NCBI GenBank assembly: GCA_050613775.1
Contig: JBODTK010000011.1
Span: 1,426,001 to 1,490,000, forward strand
DNA from: Neocallimastix sp. 'constans'
Lineage: Eukaryota
DNA length: 64,000 bases
Direction: 5' to 3'
Below the pieces are notes generated by a model. It did no database searches. It was not told where the DNA came from and was given only the letters and a program-made list of their open reading frames with translations. The translations under genes were made by a program, and so were the position numbers. Of the stretch, positions 1 to 12,622 are shown piece after piece (positions within the stretch are counted from its first letter, which is position 1; each line of letters starts with the position of its first letter).

Positions 1-176
1 TTAAATAAATAATAACAATTTAATAAATAATAACAATATTTAATAAATAATAATTAATAATTAATAATTAATAAAATGATAATAAATAATAATACTAAAA
101 TTTAATATTAATTTAGATGACTAAGAATAGGAGAGAGAACCAATAAATGTTAAATATTATAAAATAAAATTTGAAA

Positions 177-308
177 CATTTTTTTAAATTTTATTATTCA
201 TTTTTTAAATTTTATTATTCATTTTTTAAATTTTATTATTCATTTTTTAAATTTTATTATTCATTTTTTAAATTTTATTATTCATTTTTTAATTTTATTA
301 TTCATTTT
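177..308. repeat. Tandem minisatellite, ~21-bp unit (CATTTTTTAAATTTTATTATT) x ~6
   Basis: Unit starts at 177, 199, 220, 241, 262, 283, 303. Confidence 0.9.
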
Positions 309-1177
309 GCAATATCAATTCTTAATTAATCAATATCAATTAATTATAAATGATTGTCAAAAAAAAAAAATAAAAAATAAAAAAAAAAATAAAAAATAAA
401 AATAAAATAAAAAATAAAATATGGTTAATAAATATTAATTTTATAATGAAATGAAGTTGTATAATTAATAAATAAAAATGTTAAAATAATCATAATTATT
501 ATATAGAAGCACAATAATAATAATAAATAATAATATTTTAATAATAATTATAAATAATAAATAATACATATAATTATAAAAATAATATTGATAATAATTT
601 TTAATATTTACATTTAAAAAAATAAAAAATAAAAATAAAATAAAATAAAATAAAATTATTAAATAGTAATAATAATTTATGTTTTTTAATAATTATTTAT
701 AATTAATCATTTTTTTAATAATTAATTTTTATATTAATTTTATTAATTATAAAATAAACTTTAATGTTACACTAGAAAATAATTTAAATTATAGATAAAG
801 ATAACAATATTGGAGTATTAAAAAAGAAATTTTAATTTATTTCTAATAACATCTGTTGAAATGAAATTTAATATATAAATGATTAAAAATTATCTTTCAA
901 ATAACTAATTAAAGAATAAATGAGAAAAAAAATATATAAATATATAAACCAAGATATATTTATATTTTAGCTATATTGTCTATAAAAACTGTATAAAAAA
1001 TATTTATATAGTTTAAAATTTTAAGGATTGTAAAATTAAATTTCAAATTTGAAATTTAAAAAAAAAAAAGGAAAAAATAACTGATAATAAAATATAATAA
1101 TTCTTAAAAGTAAATCAACAAAACAAACAAAAATTTGAGATAAAATAAGGAAGAAAAAATTAAAATAAAAATAAAAA

Positions 1178-3127
1178 ATGAAATTTAATTTATTTATAAA
1201 AACTATTTTTATGTTCTTGACTGCTGTTAATGCAGCTGTAATTAATTCTAATGAAGAAATTAAAAAAAAGGACTTAAAAGTTTCCGTCATTGATAAAACA
1301 ATTTCATTATCTCGAGTTACTAAAGTTGATAAATCAATATCCAATGAACCAATTCCAGTAACCGCAATGGTTAGACCTGAATGCCCACTTGGAAAAGGCG
1401 TCGTCATGAATCAATTAATTGATTGTAACAAAACTGGTGGTAAATTTTATCGTAAATTCCATCCCTACCCAGAATGTTATTCTGATTTCGTATGTTTTAT
1501 TCCAGACGATACTAATATGCAAAATTCATCATTTTGTATAACTATCGATGATAATGTTTATTGTTCAGCTGATATTACTAATATTGATTCTTGTAGATTT
1601 GGAAAGCCTAATTATGACTTTAAACAATGTGTTAAAGATGCTAATAAAATTTTCTCTGATTTTTCTTATTCAACATTTAATCCTATTATTGCTTCAAAGA
1701 AAACAATGACAATTCCTAAGATTACAGCTAGTATTATTAACACAAAACCAATTCCAATTAGTTTGATTAAAACAAAACCAATTCTAACTAGTATTATCAA
1801 AACAAAACCAATTCCAATTAGTTTGATCAAGACAAAACCAATTCTAACTAGTATTATCAAAACAAAACCATTTCCAATTAGTTTGATCAAGACAAAACCA
1901 ATTTCAATTAGTATAATCAAAACAAAACCAGTTCCAACTAGTATTATTAAAACAAAACCAATTACAATTAGTATTATCAAAACAAAACCAGTTCCAACTA
2001 GTATTATTAAAACAAAGCCAATTCCAACTAGTCTTATCAAAACAAAACCAATTCCAACTAATATTGTTACTAATTTACCTATTTCTAAAATTAGAACTTC
2101 AATAACAACTACAGCTTCTTCTATTAAGTCCACTCCAATTCCTGTAACAACAACAACTTTATGTCCACTTGGAAAAGGTGTAGTGAGGAGTCAGTTACTT
2201 GATTGTAATAAGATTCATGGTAAATTCTATCAAAATTTCCATTCCTATCCTGAATGTTATACCGATTTCGTATGTTTTATTCCACAAAGGGAAGCTGCCA
2301 TTAAACCAATTGTTACCGATAATTATGAAATTAGAAATGAACCAATCAAAACTATTGGTACTTCTAATGTAAAACAAAATAAATCATCTTGTATCATTAT
2401 AGAGAATGTTACATATTGTTCAGCTGATATTACCAATATTGAATCTTGTAAAAAGGGAATGCCAAGCTATAACTTTAATAGCTGTGTAAAAGAAGCAAGT
2501 AAGCTTTTCCCAGATTTTCATTATATTGAAATTGATAATGATATTCCTATCAAGACGATTCCTATCAGAACTATTCCTATCAGAACTATTCCTATCAGGA
2601 CTATTCCTATCAAGACTATTCCTATCAAGACTATTCCAGTTATAACTAAAAAAACAATTACTACTTCAATTAAAACAATTTCAAGTCCAAGTCCTATCTC
2701 TAATATTTCAAAGATCTTAAAGACAACAACATCTATAGATAAACCTGAACCCCTACCAACAATTATTCAACATATTTGTCCACCGACTGGTGCATTAGGT
2801 TTATTTGCTTCTCAATGTGATAGAGATCATGGAATATTTTATTATAAAGAATATGGATATCCCGAATGCACTTTAAAGTATGCCTGTTTCTCTCCAATGG
2901 AGGATAACAATGATAGTCGTGATTGTATCCTTCATGATGGAATGAAATATTGTACCATCAGTTCTAATATTCCTGAATGTCAATTAAATACTGATTTATA
3001 CAATTTCAAAGAATGTATTGAAATTGTAAATTCAAAATTAAATTTCAGAAATTATGGTCCTATTATTTCTACTACTAAATACTTATCAGTTACTACTACT
3101 ACATCAACAAAGCCAACTACTTTTTAA
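1178..3127 (+). CDS. Secreted protein with three Cys-rich repeated domains separated by Ile/Lys/Thr/Pro-rich tandem-repeat linkers
   Basis: 649-aa ORF with a signal-peptide-like N-terminus (MKFNLFIKTIFMFLTAVNA). Three copies of a CP..G....C....G.FY....YPEC....CF.P...C......YC......C......Y.F..C module. Linkers are (IIKTKPIPTS)n and (KTIPI/RTIPI)n. Confidence 0.85.
   Translation: MKFNLFIKTIFMFLTAVNAAVINSNEEIKKKDLKVSVIDKTISLSRVTKVDKSISNEPIPVTAMVRPECPLGKGVVMNQLIDCNKTGGKFYRKFHPYPECYSDFVCFIPDDTNMQNSSFCITIDDNVYCSADITNIDSCRFGKPNYDFKQCVKDANKIFSDFSYSTFNPIIASKKTMTIPKITASIINTKPIPISLIKTKPILTSIIKTKPIPISLIKTKPILTSIIKTKPFPISLIKTKPISISIIKTKPVPTSIIKTKPITISIIKTKPVPTSIIKTKPIPTSLIKTKPIPTNIVTNLPISKIRTSITTTASSIKSTPIPVTTTTLCPLGKGVVRSQLLDCNKIHGKFYQNFHSYPECYTDFVCFIPQREAAIKPIVTDNYEIRNEPIKTIGTSNVKQNKSSCIIIENVTYCSADITNIESCKKGMPSYNFNSCVKEASKLFPDFHYIEIDNDIPIKTIPIRTIPIRTIPIRTIPIKTIPIKTIPVITKKTITTSIKTISSPSPISNISKILKTTTSIDKPEPLPTIIQHICPPTGALGLFASQCDRDHGIFYYKEYGYPECTLKYACFSPMEDNNDSRDCILHDGMKYCTISSNIPECQLNTDLYNFKECIEIVNSKLNFRNYGPIISTTKYLSVTTTTSTKPTTF
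1729..2065 (+). repeat. Coding tandem repeat, 30-bp unit (~11 copies) encoding SIIKTKPIPT-like decapeptides
   Basis: AAACAAAACCA(A/G)TT recurs every 30 bp. Confidence 0.9.
2542..2638 (+). repeat. Coding tandem repeat, 15-bp unit (~6 copies) encoding IPI(K/R)T
   Basis: ATTCCTATCA(A/G)(G/A)ACT repeats. Confidence 0.9.
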
Positions 3128-4220
3128 AAAATTATTTTTCAAAAAAAAAAAAAAAAAAAAAAAAAAAAGAAACTGAGACAGCTACTCTAACCATTTAGTA
3201 ATTATGCTATTTAATGTGTTGATAAATAGTCTTAAAGTGATGATACTAGATTTAATGGACCAATAAGTTTTGTAAATCTGTATCAACAAGTCATGAAGTG
3301 AATAAATATTATTCACTGTAAACTTAAACTATATATATATATATATTAAAAAATTTTATTGTATAATAATAATATTATAACAGTTATTAAAAAAAAATAT
3401 TAAAAAAAAAAATGTATTAAAAAAAAAGTATTAAAAAAAAGTTAATTAATAAAAAGTATTATATAAACCTAAACATATATTAATAATAATAATAATAACA
3501 AAAGTTTTAAAATTTTAATTATTTTATTATATTTATTTTAATAATAATATTGTTATTATGTTAATATAATTATCTCAATAAAAAGAAATTATATTTCTAT
3601 AACCTTAACTGTATATGTATAAAAAAAAATTTAATCAAATATTATTTACAAATAGTATTTTCATTATTCTGAACAATATTTACCATTAACAAATGTATCC
3701 AAAAAAAAAAAAAAAAAAAAAACGAAATACAAATATTCATAGTATATAACATTAATATTATATTATTAAAATGATATATATGTATATATATATTATTGTA
3801 TATTCTTGTATAATAATAAAATAAAGTAATATATATATATATATTTATACTAATTCTCTAATTTTTGAAAATAATGATTATTAATAATTATTAATAATTA
3901 TTAATAATTTTTTTTTTTTTATTTTATTTTTTTTTTTTTTCTAATTTATTAATTAATTAAATATTAAACCTATAAAAAAAATTTTTTTTTTGTAGTATTA
4001 TATATGAAGATAATAAAAGAGATAGAAAACAAATTCATTCATTTATTTTAAACTTACTTTTGAATTTGTTTAAGATAATCTGATTGAGGCATATACTGTA
4101 TACTTGATAACTTTAAATTGAATTTTTATATATTATATATATAAATAATAATAGATACAAAAAAAAAAAAAAAAAAAAAAATTACTGAATAAGTATATAT
4201 AATTATAAAATTATAATATC

Positions 4221-7200
4221 ATGGATAATAAAATTAATATTATTGAAAAACATAGAAATTTTATAATAGATTTATTAAAAGATGTTGACGAAGAAGAAAT
4301 ACATAATTTAATTACTTTGAAAAATTATATTAAAAATAATAATGTTGATTTGAAGTCATTAAATAACAAGGATTTTGATATTGTAATATTTTCCATTGAA
4401 AGCAATGCCGCAACTGAAATTATAAAATTTATAATAGAACAATGTCAGTATAAAACTTTTAATTATACTTTTAATATTACAGAAAATTATAAAAGTTATT
4501 ATAATAATTTTTATTATAATAATATAAAATATAAAGTACCACTCTTTTCAGCCATCAGAAAGGAAAATTTTGAAATTGCTGATTTATTAATTCAATATAA
4601 TGCAGATATTAATTATTTAGCAAATGATAAACAAAATGTCGCTGTATATTTATATGATTGCTATCATTGTATATATAAACCTGAATTGAAATATATATTA
4701 AAAAAGGGATTCTTTGTGAATGGTTTTACAACAAATCTTATAAATGATATTATATTAGATGGATATAATTTTAATCTATTAAAAAGTATATTTAATTTTA
4801 GAATTTTTGATGAAGCATTTGTTTTAAATTTATTATCAATATATAAAAATAAATTCAAACTCTCAAAAAAGCAGTTAAATAGTTTAATTAGAAAAGAAAA
4901 AAGTAAAATTAAAATCGAAGATTCAATGTATAAAAATGTCTTAAGATGTGAGTATTACGAATCTTTGGTACTACTTTTAAAATATGATAGTGATGATCCT
5001 TTCGTAATTTTAGATAAAATTCAAAAATATGATTTATTAAATGTCGCCATTAAAAACGTTGAATATAATCTTATGGTAGAGGTATTGACCCAGGAATTAT
5101 TAAGTTTTGATTTTAAACATTTAGAAAAGATATTTATTGAAGAAAGTCGAAATAATGATATTCGATTTGTTTTGGGAATATTACTTGAAAATTTATTTAA
5201 ACAAAAACCTTGTATTATTTCAAGCACCCAATTTGAAAATATTTTATTGTCAGCTAGTAAAGTCAATAATTTAAATATCATGTCTTTACTTTTAAAATTA
5301 TTATTAAATGGTTCTAGAAGTTCCAATGATCAATTTAAAATACTGACTTCAGAATCGCCAAACATTAGAACTCATATAGAAATGATTATGAACGAAAATG
5401 TTACCCTAAAGGATAGATTTAAATTTGTATCGAAAGAATCAACAGTGATAATCGATAAATTAAAAGAAATATTAAAAAAATCACAAAATCTCAATATAAC
5501 CGAAGGTTTAAAAGTAACTTTAATTAAAAACTGTGATACCCGTTTCCTAACACTCATATTAAACTTGGCAATTAAAACAAATAATTTTGAGGTTGTAAAG
5601 TATTTAATAGAAAATAAAGAATTAAGTTCCAAATTAGATATTAATACCAAGGATAGAAATAACGAATTTCCAATTATTATTGCTCAAGATTTGGTAACTA
5701 ATGATCTCACCAATATAAAAATTTTTAAGTTTTTATTGGATCATCACGCAAATACTAATGTAAAAAATGATAAAAATGATTCATTATTATCATTAGCCCT
5801 TAAAAATAGAAAATATATGAATATTAAATATATATTGGAAAGTAATAAATCTATTGAAAAACTAATCCATGTTAATAATAATAATAATGATAATGATCAT
5901 AATGATAATAATGAAAATAATGATAATAATGATAATAATAATAATAATAATATTAATGATAATGATAATGATAATAATAGCGATAATAATAATAATAATA
6001 ATAAAAATGCTATGATTAATGCCATATTTCATCATGATATAACTAAAGTTAAAGCAATAATAAATCAAGGAAATAAAGAAAATTTAGAATTTGAAGATAG
6101 GATAGATTATGAAGATGAATTGATATTTACTCCTCTCACTCTTTCCTATTTATTAAATTATAATGATATTTTTGAATTTTTATTAGATCATAATAATTTG
6201 AATGAGTTAGATAAATTTGGTTATTCTCTATTATGTTATGCAATAATAAAGAATGATTTAAAAACAATTGAATATTTAATGGATCATAATGTAAATATTA
6301 ATTTAAAAAAAAATAAATATGGGTATGGTCATTCTGTACTAGATATTGCTATTCAAACCGGAAATAAGGACGCCTTTTTAATACTTATCAATAATGATAA
6401 AATCAATATAAATACAACCAATAGTCAAGAAGAATTAGCATTAATTACTTTATTAAAAAGTAAACTCTATTCTTCTGACGATAAATTTTTAATGTTAGAA
6501 TGCATTCTTAAAAAGGGATCCGATATTAATGTTACCGATAATAATGGAAAGTCTGCTATTGCCTATGCCATCCAAGAATCATCTTTATCTTTACCTCTAG
6601 TTAAATTATTTATTGAATATGGAGCATGTATAGATTTTGCCGATGGAAATAAAAATCTACCTATCGTCTATGCTATTAAAGAAAAATCTTTAGAATTGGT
6701 AAAATTATTTATTGAACAAGGAGTAGATGCGAACACCGTTGACATTTTTAATTTCTCTCTTTTAGCCTATGCCATTCAAGAAAAATCATTACCACTAGTG
6801 AAATATTTAGTGGAGCATGGAGCTGACGTGAATTTTGTGATTCGAAATTTAGAGGTGGAAAAAACACAATCGATGTTGCTCTATGCCATGGAATTTGACG
6901 ATTTATCTATTGTGAAATATTTATTGGAGCATCATGCCCAATATGACTTTACACAAGAAAAAGATATCTATAGAATAATAAAAATTCTTTATAAGCATGA
7001 AACCACCAAAATTCTTGAATATTTAATAGAGAATTGGATTAGCGTGAAGGATATTACCTCTAAAATTCTAAAAGGTATAATATGGAGAAATAGAATTGAT
7101 ATTTTAAAAATTTTAATGGCACATCATTTAAATATTGAAATGATAGAGAAACAGGAACAAAGTTTCAGTTTATTAATTACCGCAATCTATACGAGGAATA

Positions 7201-7559
7201 TCAATAATGTGAAATATCTACTCGAAAACGGGATGGATATCGAGAGAGTTAATCAACGAATTAATGCAATCGAGAAAACCATATTTTTCAATGAATTTGA
7301 TATATTAAAGGTTTTAGTGGAACATCATTTAGATATTAATGCGGTTGATAGAAAAGGGGATACCCCGTTAATATATGCCATTAAAAATAGAAATATTAAT
7401 GTCATTGAATATTTATTGAAAGCTGGGGCTAATGTCAACTACAATGAAAGTAGAGATGGAAGTATTGAAGATATTAATCGACAATACAATTTAACATTTC
7501 ATTTAAGTGAATATAAAAAAATTAAAAAAATATTAAATAAATATAAATTCAATAAATGA
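4221..7559 (+). CDS. Ankyrin-repeat protein
   Basis: 1112-aa ORF with multiple ankyrin motifs (e.g. GDTPLIYAIKNRNINVIEYLLKAGANVN, GKSAIAYAIQE..LVKLFIEYGA) and a central Asn/Asp low-complexity tract. Confidence 0.92.
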   Translation: MDNKINIIEKHRNFIIDLLKDVDEEEIHNLITLKNYIKNNNVDLKSLNNKDFDIVIFSIESNAATEIIKFIIEQCQYKTFNYTFNITENYKSYYNNFYYNNIKYKVPLFSAIRKENFEIADLLIQYNADINYLANDKQNVAVYLYDCYHCIYKPELKYILKKGFFVNGFTTNLINDIILDGYNFNLLKSIFNFRIFDEAFVLNLLSIYKNKFKLSKKQLNSLIRKEKSKIKIEDSMYKNVLRCEYYESLVLLLKYDSDDPFVILDKIQKYDLLNVAIKNVEYNLMVEVLTQELLSFDFKHLEKIFIEESRNNDIRFVLGILLENLFKQKPCIISSTQFENILLSASKVNNLNIMSLLLKLLLNGSRSSNDQFKILTSESPNIRTHIEMIMNENVTLKDRFKFVSKESTVIIDKLKEILKKSQNLNITEGLKVTLIKNCDTRFLTLILNLAIKTNNFEVVKYLIENKELSSKLDINTKDRNNEFPIIIAQDLVTNDLTNIKIFKFLLDHHANTNVKNDKNDSLLSLALKNRKYMNIKYILESNKSIEKLIHVNNNNNDNDHNDNNENNDNNDNNNNNNINDNDNDNNSDNNNNNNKNAMINAIFHHDITKVKAIINQGNKENLEFEDRIDYEDELIFTPLTLSYLLNYNDIFEFLLDHNNLNELDKFGYSLLCYAIIKNDLKTIEYLMDHNVNINLKKNKYGYGHSVLDIAIQTGNKDAFLILINNDKININTTNSQEELALITLLKSKLYSSDDKFLMLECILKKGSDINVTDNNGKSAIAYAIQESSLSLPLVKLFIEYGACIDFADGNKNLPIVYAIKEKSLELVKLFIEQGVDANTVDIFNFSLLAYAIQEKSLPLVKYLVEHGADVNFVIRNLEVEKTQSMLLYAMEFDDLSIVKYLLEHHAQYDFTQEKDIYRIIKILYKHETTKILEYLIENWISVKDITSKILKGIIWRNRIDILKILMAHHLNIEMIEKQEQSFSLLITAIYTRNINNVKYLLENGMDIERVNQRINAIEKTIFFNEFDILKVLVEHHLDINAVDRKGDTPLIYAIKNRNINVIEYLLKAGANVNYNESRDGSIEDINRQYNLTFHLSEYKKIKKILNKYKFNK

Positions 7560-7616
7560 AATTCTTTTTTTAAAAAAAAAAAAAATAATAAAATAAAACC
7601 TTGATTTATTATAAAT

Positions 7617-7654
<38 letters not shown>

Positions 7655-7996
7655 TATCATTAATTTTTTTTTTTTTTTTTTTTTTATTTTGTTTTATTTA
7701 ATGGATTTATAATATTAATATAATATTAAAGAAAAAGAAGGGAAAATATTTTTTAAATATCATATTTTAGAGAGTAAAATATATATATATATATCAGTAA
7801 TTTATTTATTTATTTATTTATTTATTCATTTATTTATAGTTTTTATATTAATATATATTAAAATAAAAGTAATAAAAAAAATTTTTTATCAAAATTATAC
7901 CACAAAAAATATTATTAAATAATAATTAGAATATATAATTTATGTATATATATATATCAAATCAAATTTTATCTATAAAATACAAAATAATCATAG

Positions 7997-8035
<39 letters not shown>

Positions 8036-8364
8036 TAAGAAAAATACAATGATTTATCTAAATATTAAATGAAATGCACATAAAAATAAAAATAATAATA
8101 AAAAAAAGTAAATAAATAAATAAAAAAATCATAAATATAAAAAAAAAAAAAAAAAAAAAAATTCTTAATCCTCATTATTATTTTGTAACATTTCCATTAA
8201 TTTTAAACGAATTGAACTAACATATGTATATATATATTCATTATACGACTATTGAACGTTGATTACATTAAAATTACAATAATAATAATTATAATAATAA
8301 TAATAATAATAATAATTAAATTTTATAAATATTTAATTTTTATTATTTTATTTTATTTATCTAA

Positions 8365-8395
<31 letters not shown>

Positions 8396-10238
8396 ACAAA
8401 TAATTTAATAAATGAAACAAGAAAAAAAAAAAAGTAAAAAAGTAAAATTTCATTTTTTTATTTTTATTTTCTTTTTTTTATATATATATATATAATTAAT
8501 AAAAAAGATTTAAAAATTTTTATATTTTTTTTAATTTAATCTAATAATTAATTAATATTTTATTATAAAAAAAAAAAAAATAAAATAAAAATAAAAAATA
8601 AAAATAAAATATATATATATAATAATATAATATTATTTTTTTTTTTCTGTTTTCCTATTTTCTATTTCCTTTTTTCTATTTTCTATTTTCTGTTAATTTT
8701 TAATTTTTAATTTTAATTTTTAAGATTTATTTTATCTTTTTGTATATATTATAATATAAAATGATGTAATTCTATTGTCACATCACATGATATGAACTTT
8801 TATGAAACCTATTACGAAATAAGCGGAGATGGAAATATATTCCACTATTCTAATGAAATGAAACATAGAAAAGTTATATTTAATTACTAATCATGTATAT
8901 AAAAAAATGTAATTGTAATTGAATTGATATATGTTTTTAAAAAAAAAAAAAATAAAAAAAAAAAAAAATATATATATAAATATATATATTAATAATAAAT
9001 ATTAAATACTAAATATTAAATATTAAATATAATAATTAAATAATAATTAAATAGTTTAATAAATTAAGTAAATAAATATATAAATTCTTTTATAATATAT
9101 AATACATTATTATTATTTAGATAATAATATAATAAAAATAAAATAAAATAAAGAATATATTTAATAGATCGCCAATGTATTTATTTTATTATAAATAAAA
9201 AGTTCAAAGTTTAAAACTAAACAATAAATTTAAATAATAATAATAATAATAAAGAAATAAAACAAATGTTTGACTAATATATATACAATTCATATAGAAG
9301 AAATAATATTTTATTTTTTATTTTATTTTATTTTTTTATTTTATTTAATTTTATTTTATTTTATTTTTTTTTTTAGTGTATATTTATATTTAAAATATAA
9401 AAACATTAACTATAATCATTAGACATATGTGAAGTACTAAGTTTACTATATATATTTTTTTTTTAGATAATAATAGCATCACTTATATTAATTAATAATT
9501 ACAAGACAATTGTATAAGAACAAACTAATAATATATATATATTATTATTATTATAAAAATATTTTCCATGTATTAACCATGTATATAAATTCAAAAGAAA
9601 AATTATAAAATTGATTCGGCGAATACGACAATTCACGTAGTGACTCACGAATTGTTTCGATATTCATGTAATATAATTATGAAAATAATAAATTGTTTTC
9701 CATTAATATAATACATAAAAAAAAAAAAAAAAGTATTGAATAATAATAATAATAATAACATATATATTAATATATTATTATTCCACAAAACTAAGAAAAA
9801 AAAAAAAAAAAAGTATTCATAAAATTTTTTTAACAATTTTTATTCAATTTATATATATATATATATATATATAGCAATTATATGTATAATAATAAAATAA
9901 TTTATTAAGAGTTGTACCAAAGAAATATCATTTAAAAAAAAAAAAAATACTACATACAACTAATCAAAGTTTTTTTTTTTTACTATTTTTTTTTTTTTTA
10001 TTTATTTAAATGTGCAATGATTACATTGGTATCTTTTGTTATTTTATTAATAAGTTTATTAATATAAAATATTTTTTTTTATTTGTTTGTTTATTTGCTT
10101 TTTTTTTTTTTTTTGTTCTTTTATTTTTGTTTTATTCTTAATTTTTAATTTTTTTTTTTTTTTAATTAGTATAATATATATAATTATAATTATCAAACAA
10201 TCATATATTTACATAAAAAAAAAATATATAAATTTTTT

Positions 10239-10913
10239 TTATACTGTATAACTGATTAAGACAGCACCATCATCATATTTTTTAACATCCTTTAATTTTA
10301 ATTGAATGGGGTCTTTATCCGTGGCACGACCATCAAATAGTGGTGAGAAACCTTTTCTTCCATCAATACCTGGACCAATTAATATACTAATTTCATCTAA
10401 AAGACCAGCTTCTAAAAAGGCTGTATTAATCGCTGTACCACCAACAACGGCTAAACGATCAATTTTGAATTCATTGGCTAATATTTCAACTGCTTTAGCA
10501 AGGTTAATGGTTTTTTCACCACAAGCAATCCATGAAATGTTTTTAGAGTCAAGATAAGCTAAATATTCTTTGGAAACCTGTTCTCCAGTAATAATTAAAT
10601 AAGGTTTTTCATTCTCTTTATCCCAAAGTAAAGTACCTTTAGTATCTACAATAATATCATAGCCATGAACAGCATCGACTTTTTTTGAAAAACCTTGTTT
10701 TCCTAATGGTTCTGGTGTGGCGGTAGGTTTAAATTTTCCAGTAGCCATTTCAAGTTCAGCAGTTACTCTACCCACTAAAGTAGAAGGAGTACGAAGTTCA
10801 TCCGTAATAATTGATTCATAGGCATCCCCTCCTTTAAGTTTTTCAAGCATAGCACATTCAATACGACCATCAATGGTGGTCATCATATAACATACAATAA
10901 ATGGTTTTGTCAT
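10239..10913 (-). CDS. RibD C-terminal domain / dihydrofolate-reductase-like oxidoreductase, bacterial type
   Basis: 224 aa, intronless. Carries MMTTIDGRI and VVGGTAINTAFLEAGLLDEISILIGPGIDG, typical RibD_C/DHFR-fold motifs. Confidence 0.88.
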   Translation of the reverse strand: MTKPFIVCYMMTTIDGRIECAMLEKLKGGDAYESIITDELRTPSTLVGRVTAELEMATGKFKPTATPEPLGKQGFSKKVDAVHGYDIIVDTKGTLLWDKENEKPYLIITGEQVSKEYLAYLDSKNISWIACGEKTINLAKAVEILANEFKIDRLAVVGGTAINTAFLEAGLLDEISILIGPGIDGRKGFSPLFDGRATDKDPIQLKLKDVKKYDDGAVLISYTV

Positions 10914-12407
10914 CTTAATATGAAAAAATTAAAAGAAATAACAACAATAATTAAAAGTATATATGAGTATTAATTTATTTATTTATTATTTATTTATTAT
11001 TTATTTATTTATTATTTATTATTTATTTATTTATTATTTATTCATTATTTATTTATTATTTTTTAGTTATTTATTTATATTTATATATATTCATATATAT
11101 TTTTTAAAGTAATTAAAATTAAAATATATTTATATAGAAAGAAAATATTTCAAAATTTCAATCTAATTGTGTAAAGATTCTTTGTAGTCCTTTTGTTTTT
11201 TTTTTTATATTTTTAAAATAATTATTTTAGAATTATAATTATAATATTTAAAAAAAAAATATTTTTGTTTATATAATTACTTTTTTTTATTTCCTATTAT
11301 TAGTTAAAATGATAGTAGTTTAGGCGTTTGTTAATGAATATAATCAGAAATATTAATTTATCTTCAATTTCTTAAATATATTAAATACTCCTTCACTTTT
11401 TTTTAAAAAAGAAAAAAAAAAAAAAAAAAATTATTTAAATAATAATTTTTTTTTTATTTTAGAATGATAATAATAAAAATAAACTTAATAAAAGTATTCT
11501 AATTTAATTTATAGAAAAAATTAGAATATTTATTAAATATATATATATATATAAAATTAATTAAACTTTAAAAAAAATAGATTAATTAAATGTATTGAAT
11601 ATATTAATGTTTAAAATTTTGATATTCCGCTCCAATGCCGCAAATATAACATTGTATAAATGAATATACAAAAAAGTACATAAAATTATTTAATAATAAT
11701 AATAATTATATATATTGATATATATCATATAATATATAAATATTTACATTGATATAATCAATTTCAATAGAATAAATATTTTATTGAATTGAACTTGAAT
11801 ATGAAAGAGCTTTTCATAACAATCACACACGGAAATTTATTAAGTAGAATAAAACATCTTTTTTTTTTTTTTTTGAATTTATCCTATATAAAAATATTAA
11901 TATTCTATATGATAATAAAATAATAAAATATAATATAAATAAAAAATTTATATATATATATATATATATATAATAGTCAATAGATTATTAAATTCTTTTA
12001 AATTCTTTCCTTTTTTTCTTTTTTTTTAATCTCTTCAATTATTTTTATAAAATCATCATAAAGAATAAAAATAAAAATAAAAAAAAAAATAAAATAATAT
12101 AAATTAAAATAAAATAAAACTTAATTTGCTTTAGATAAAGATATTAATAATACCATAATTTTTTTTATTATTAAAATGGATATTTTCAGTTATTCATTAT
12201 AATCATAATTTTTTTTATTATTATTATTGTAACTTCTTTTTTTTTTTTCAAAAAAAAAATAAATTAATAAATAAATGAATGAATATTAAGATTTTTATTT
12301 GAAAGATTATTCGGCTCATCTCTTTTCGTTTATTAATCTCATAAAAATATATATATTAGTATTAATATTAAATTTAAATAAAACAATAGTAAAAAGTATA
12401 TCAACAC

Positions 12408-12448
<41 letters not shown>

Positions 12449-12587
12449 TACATTTTATATATACTACATATTTTATAGATTTAAAGTTAACTTTTTTTTT
12501 TTTTAAAAAGAATAAAAAATTGTTCCCAAATAATTATATGTTAACTAATGAATATATATATAAATATGATTTTTATCTTATTCTTTA

Positions 12588-12622
<35 letters not shown>

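Noticed and set aside
1666..2133. Antisense 155-aa hydrophobic repeat ORF
   Set aside because: Shadow of the 30-bp coding repeat on the + strand.
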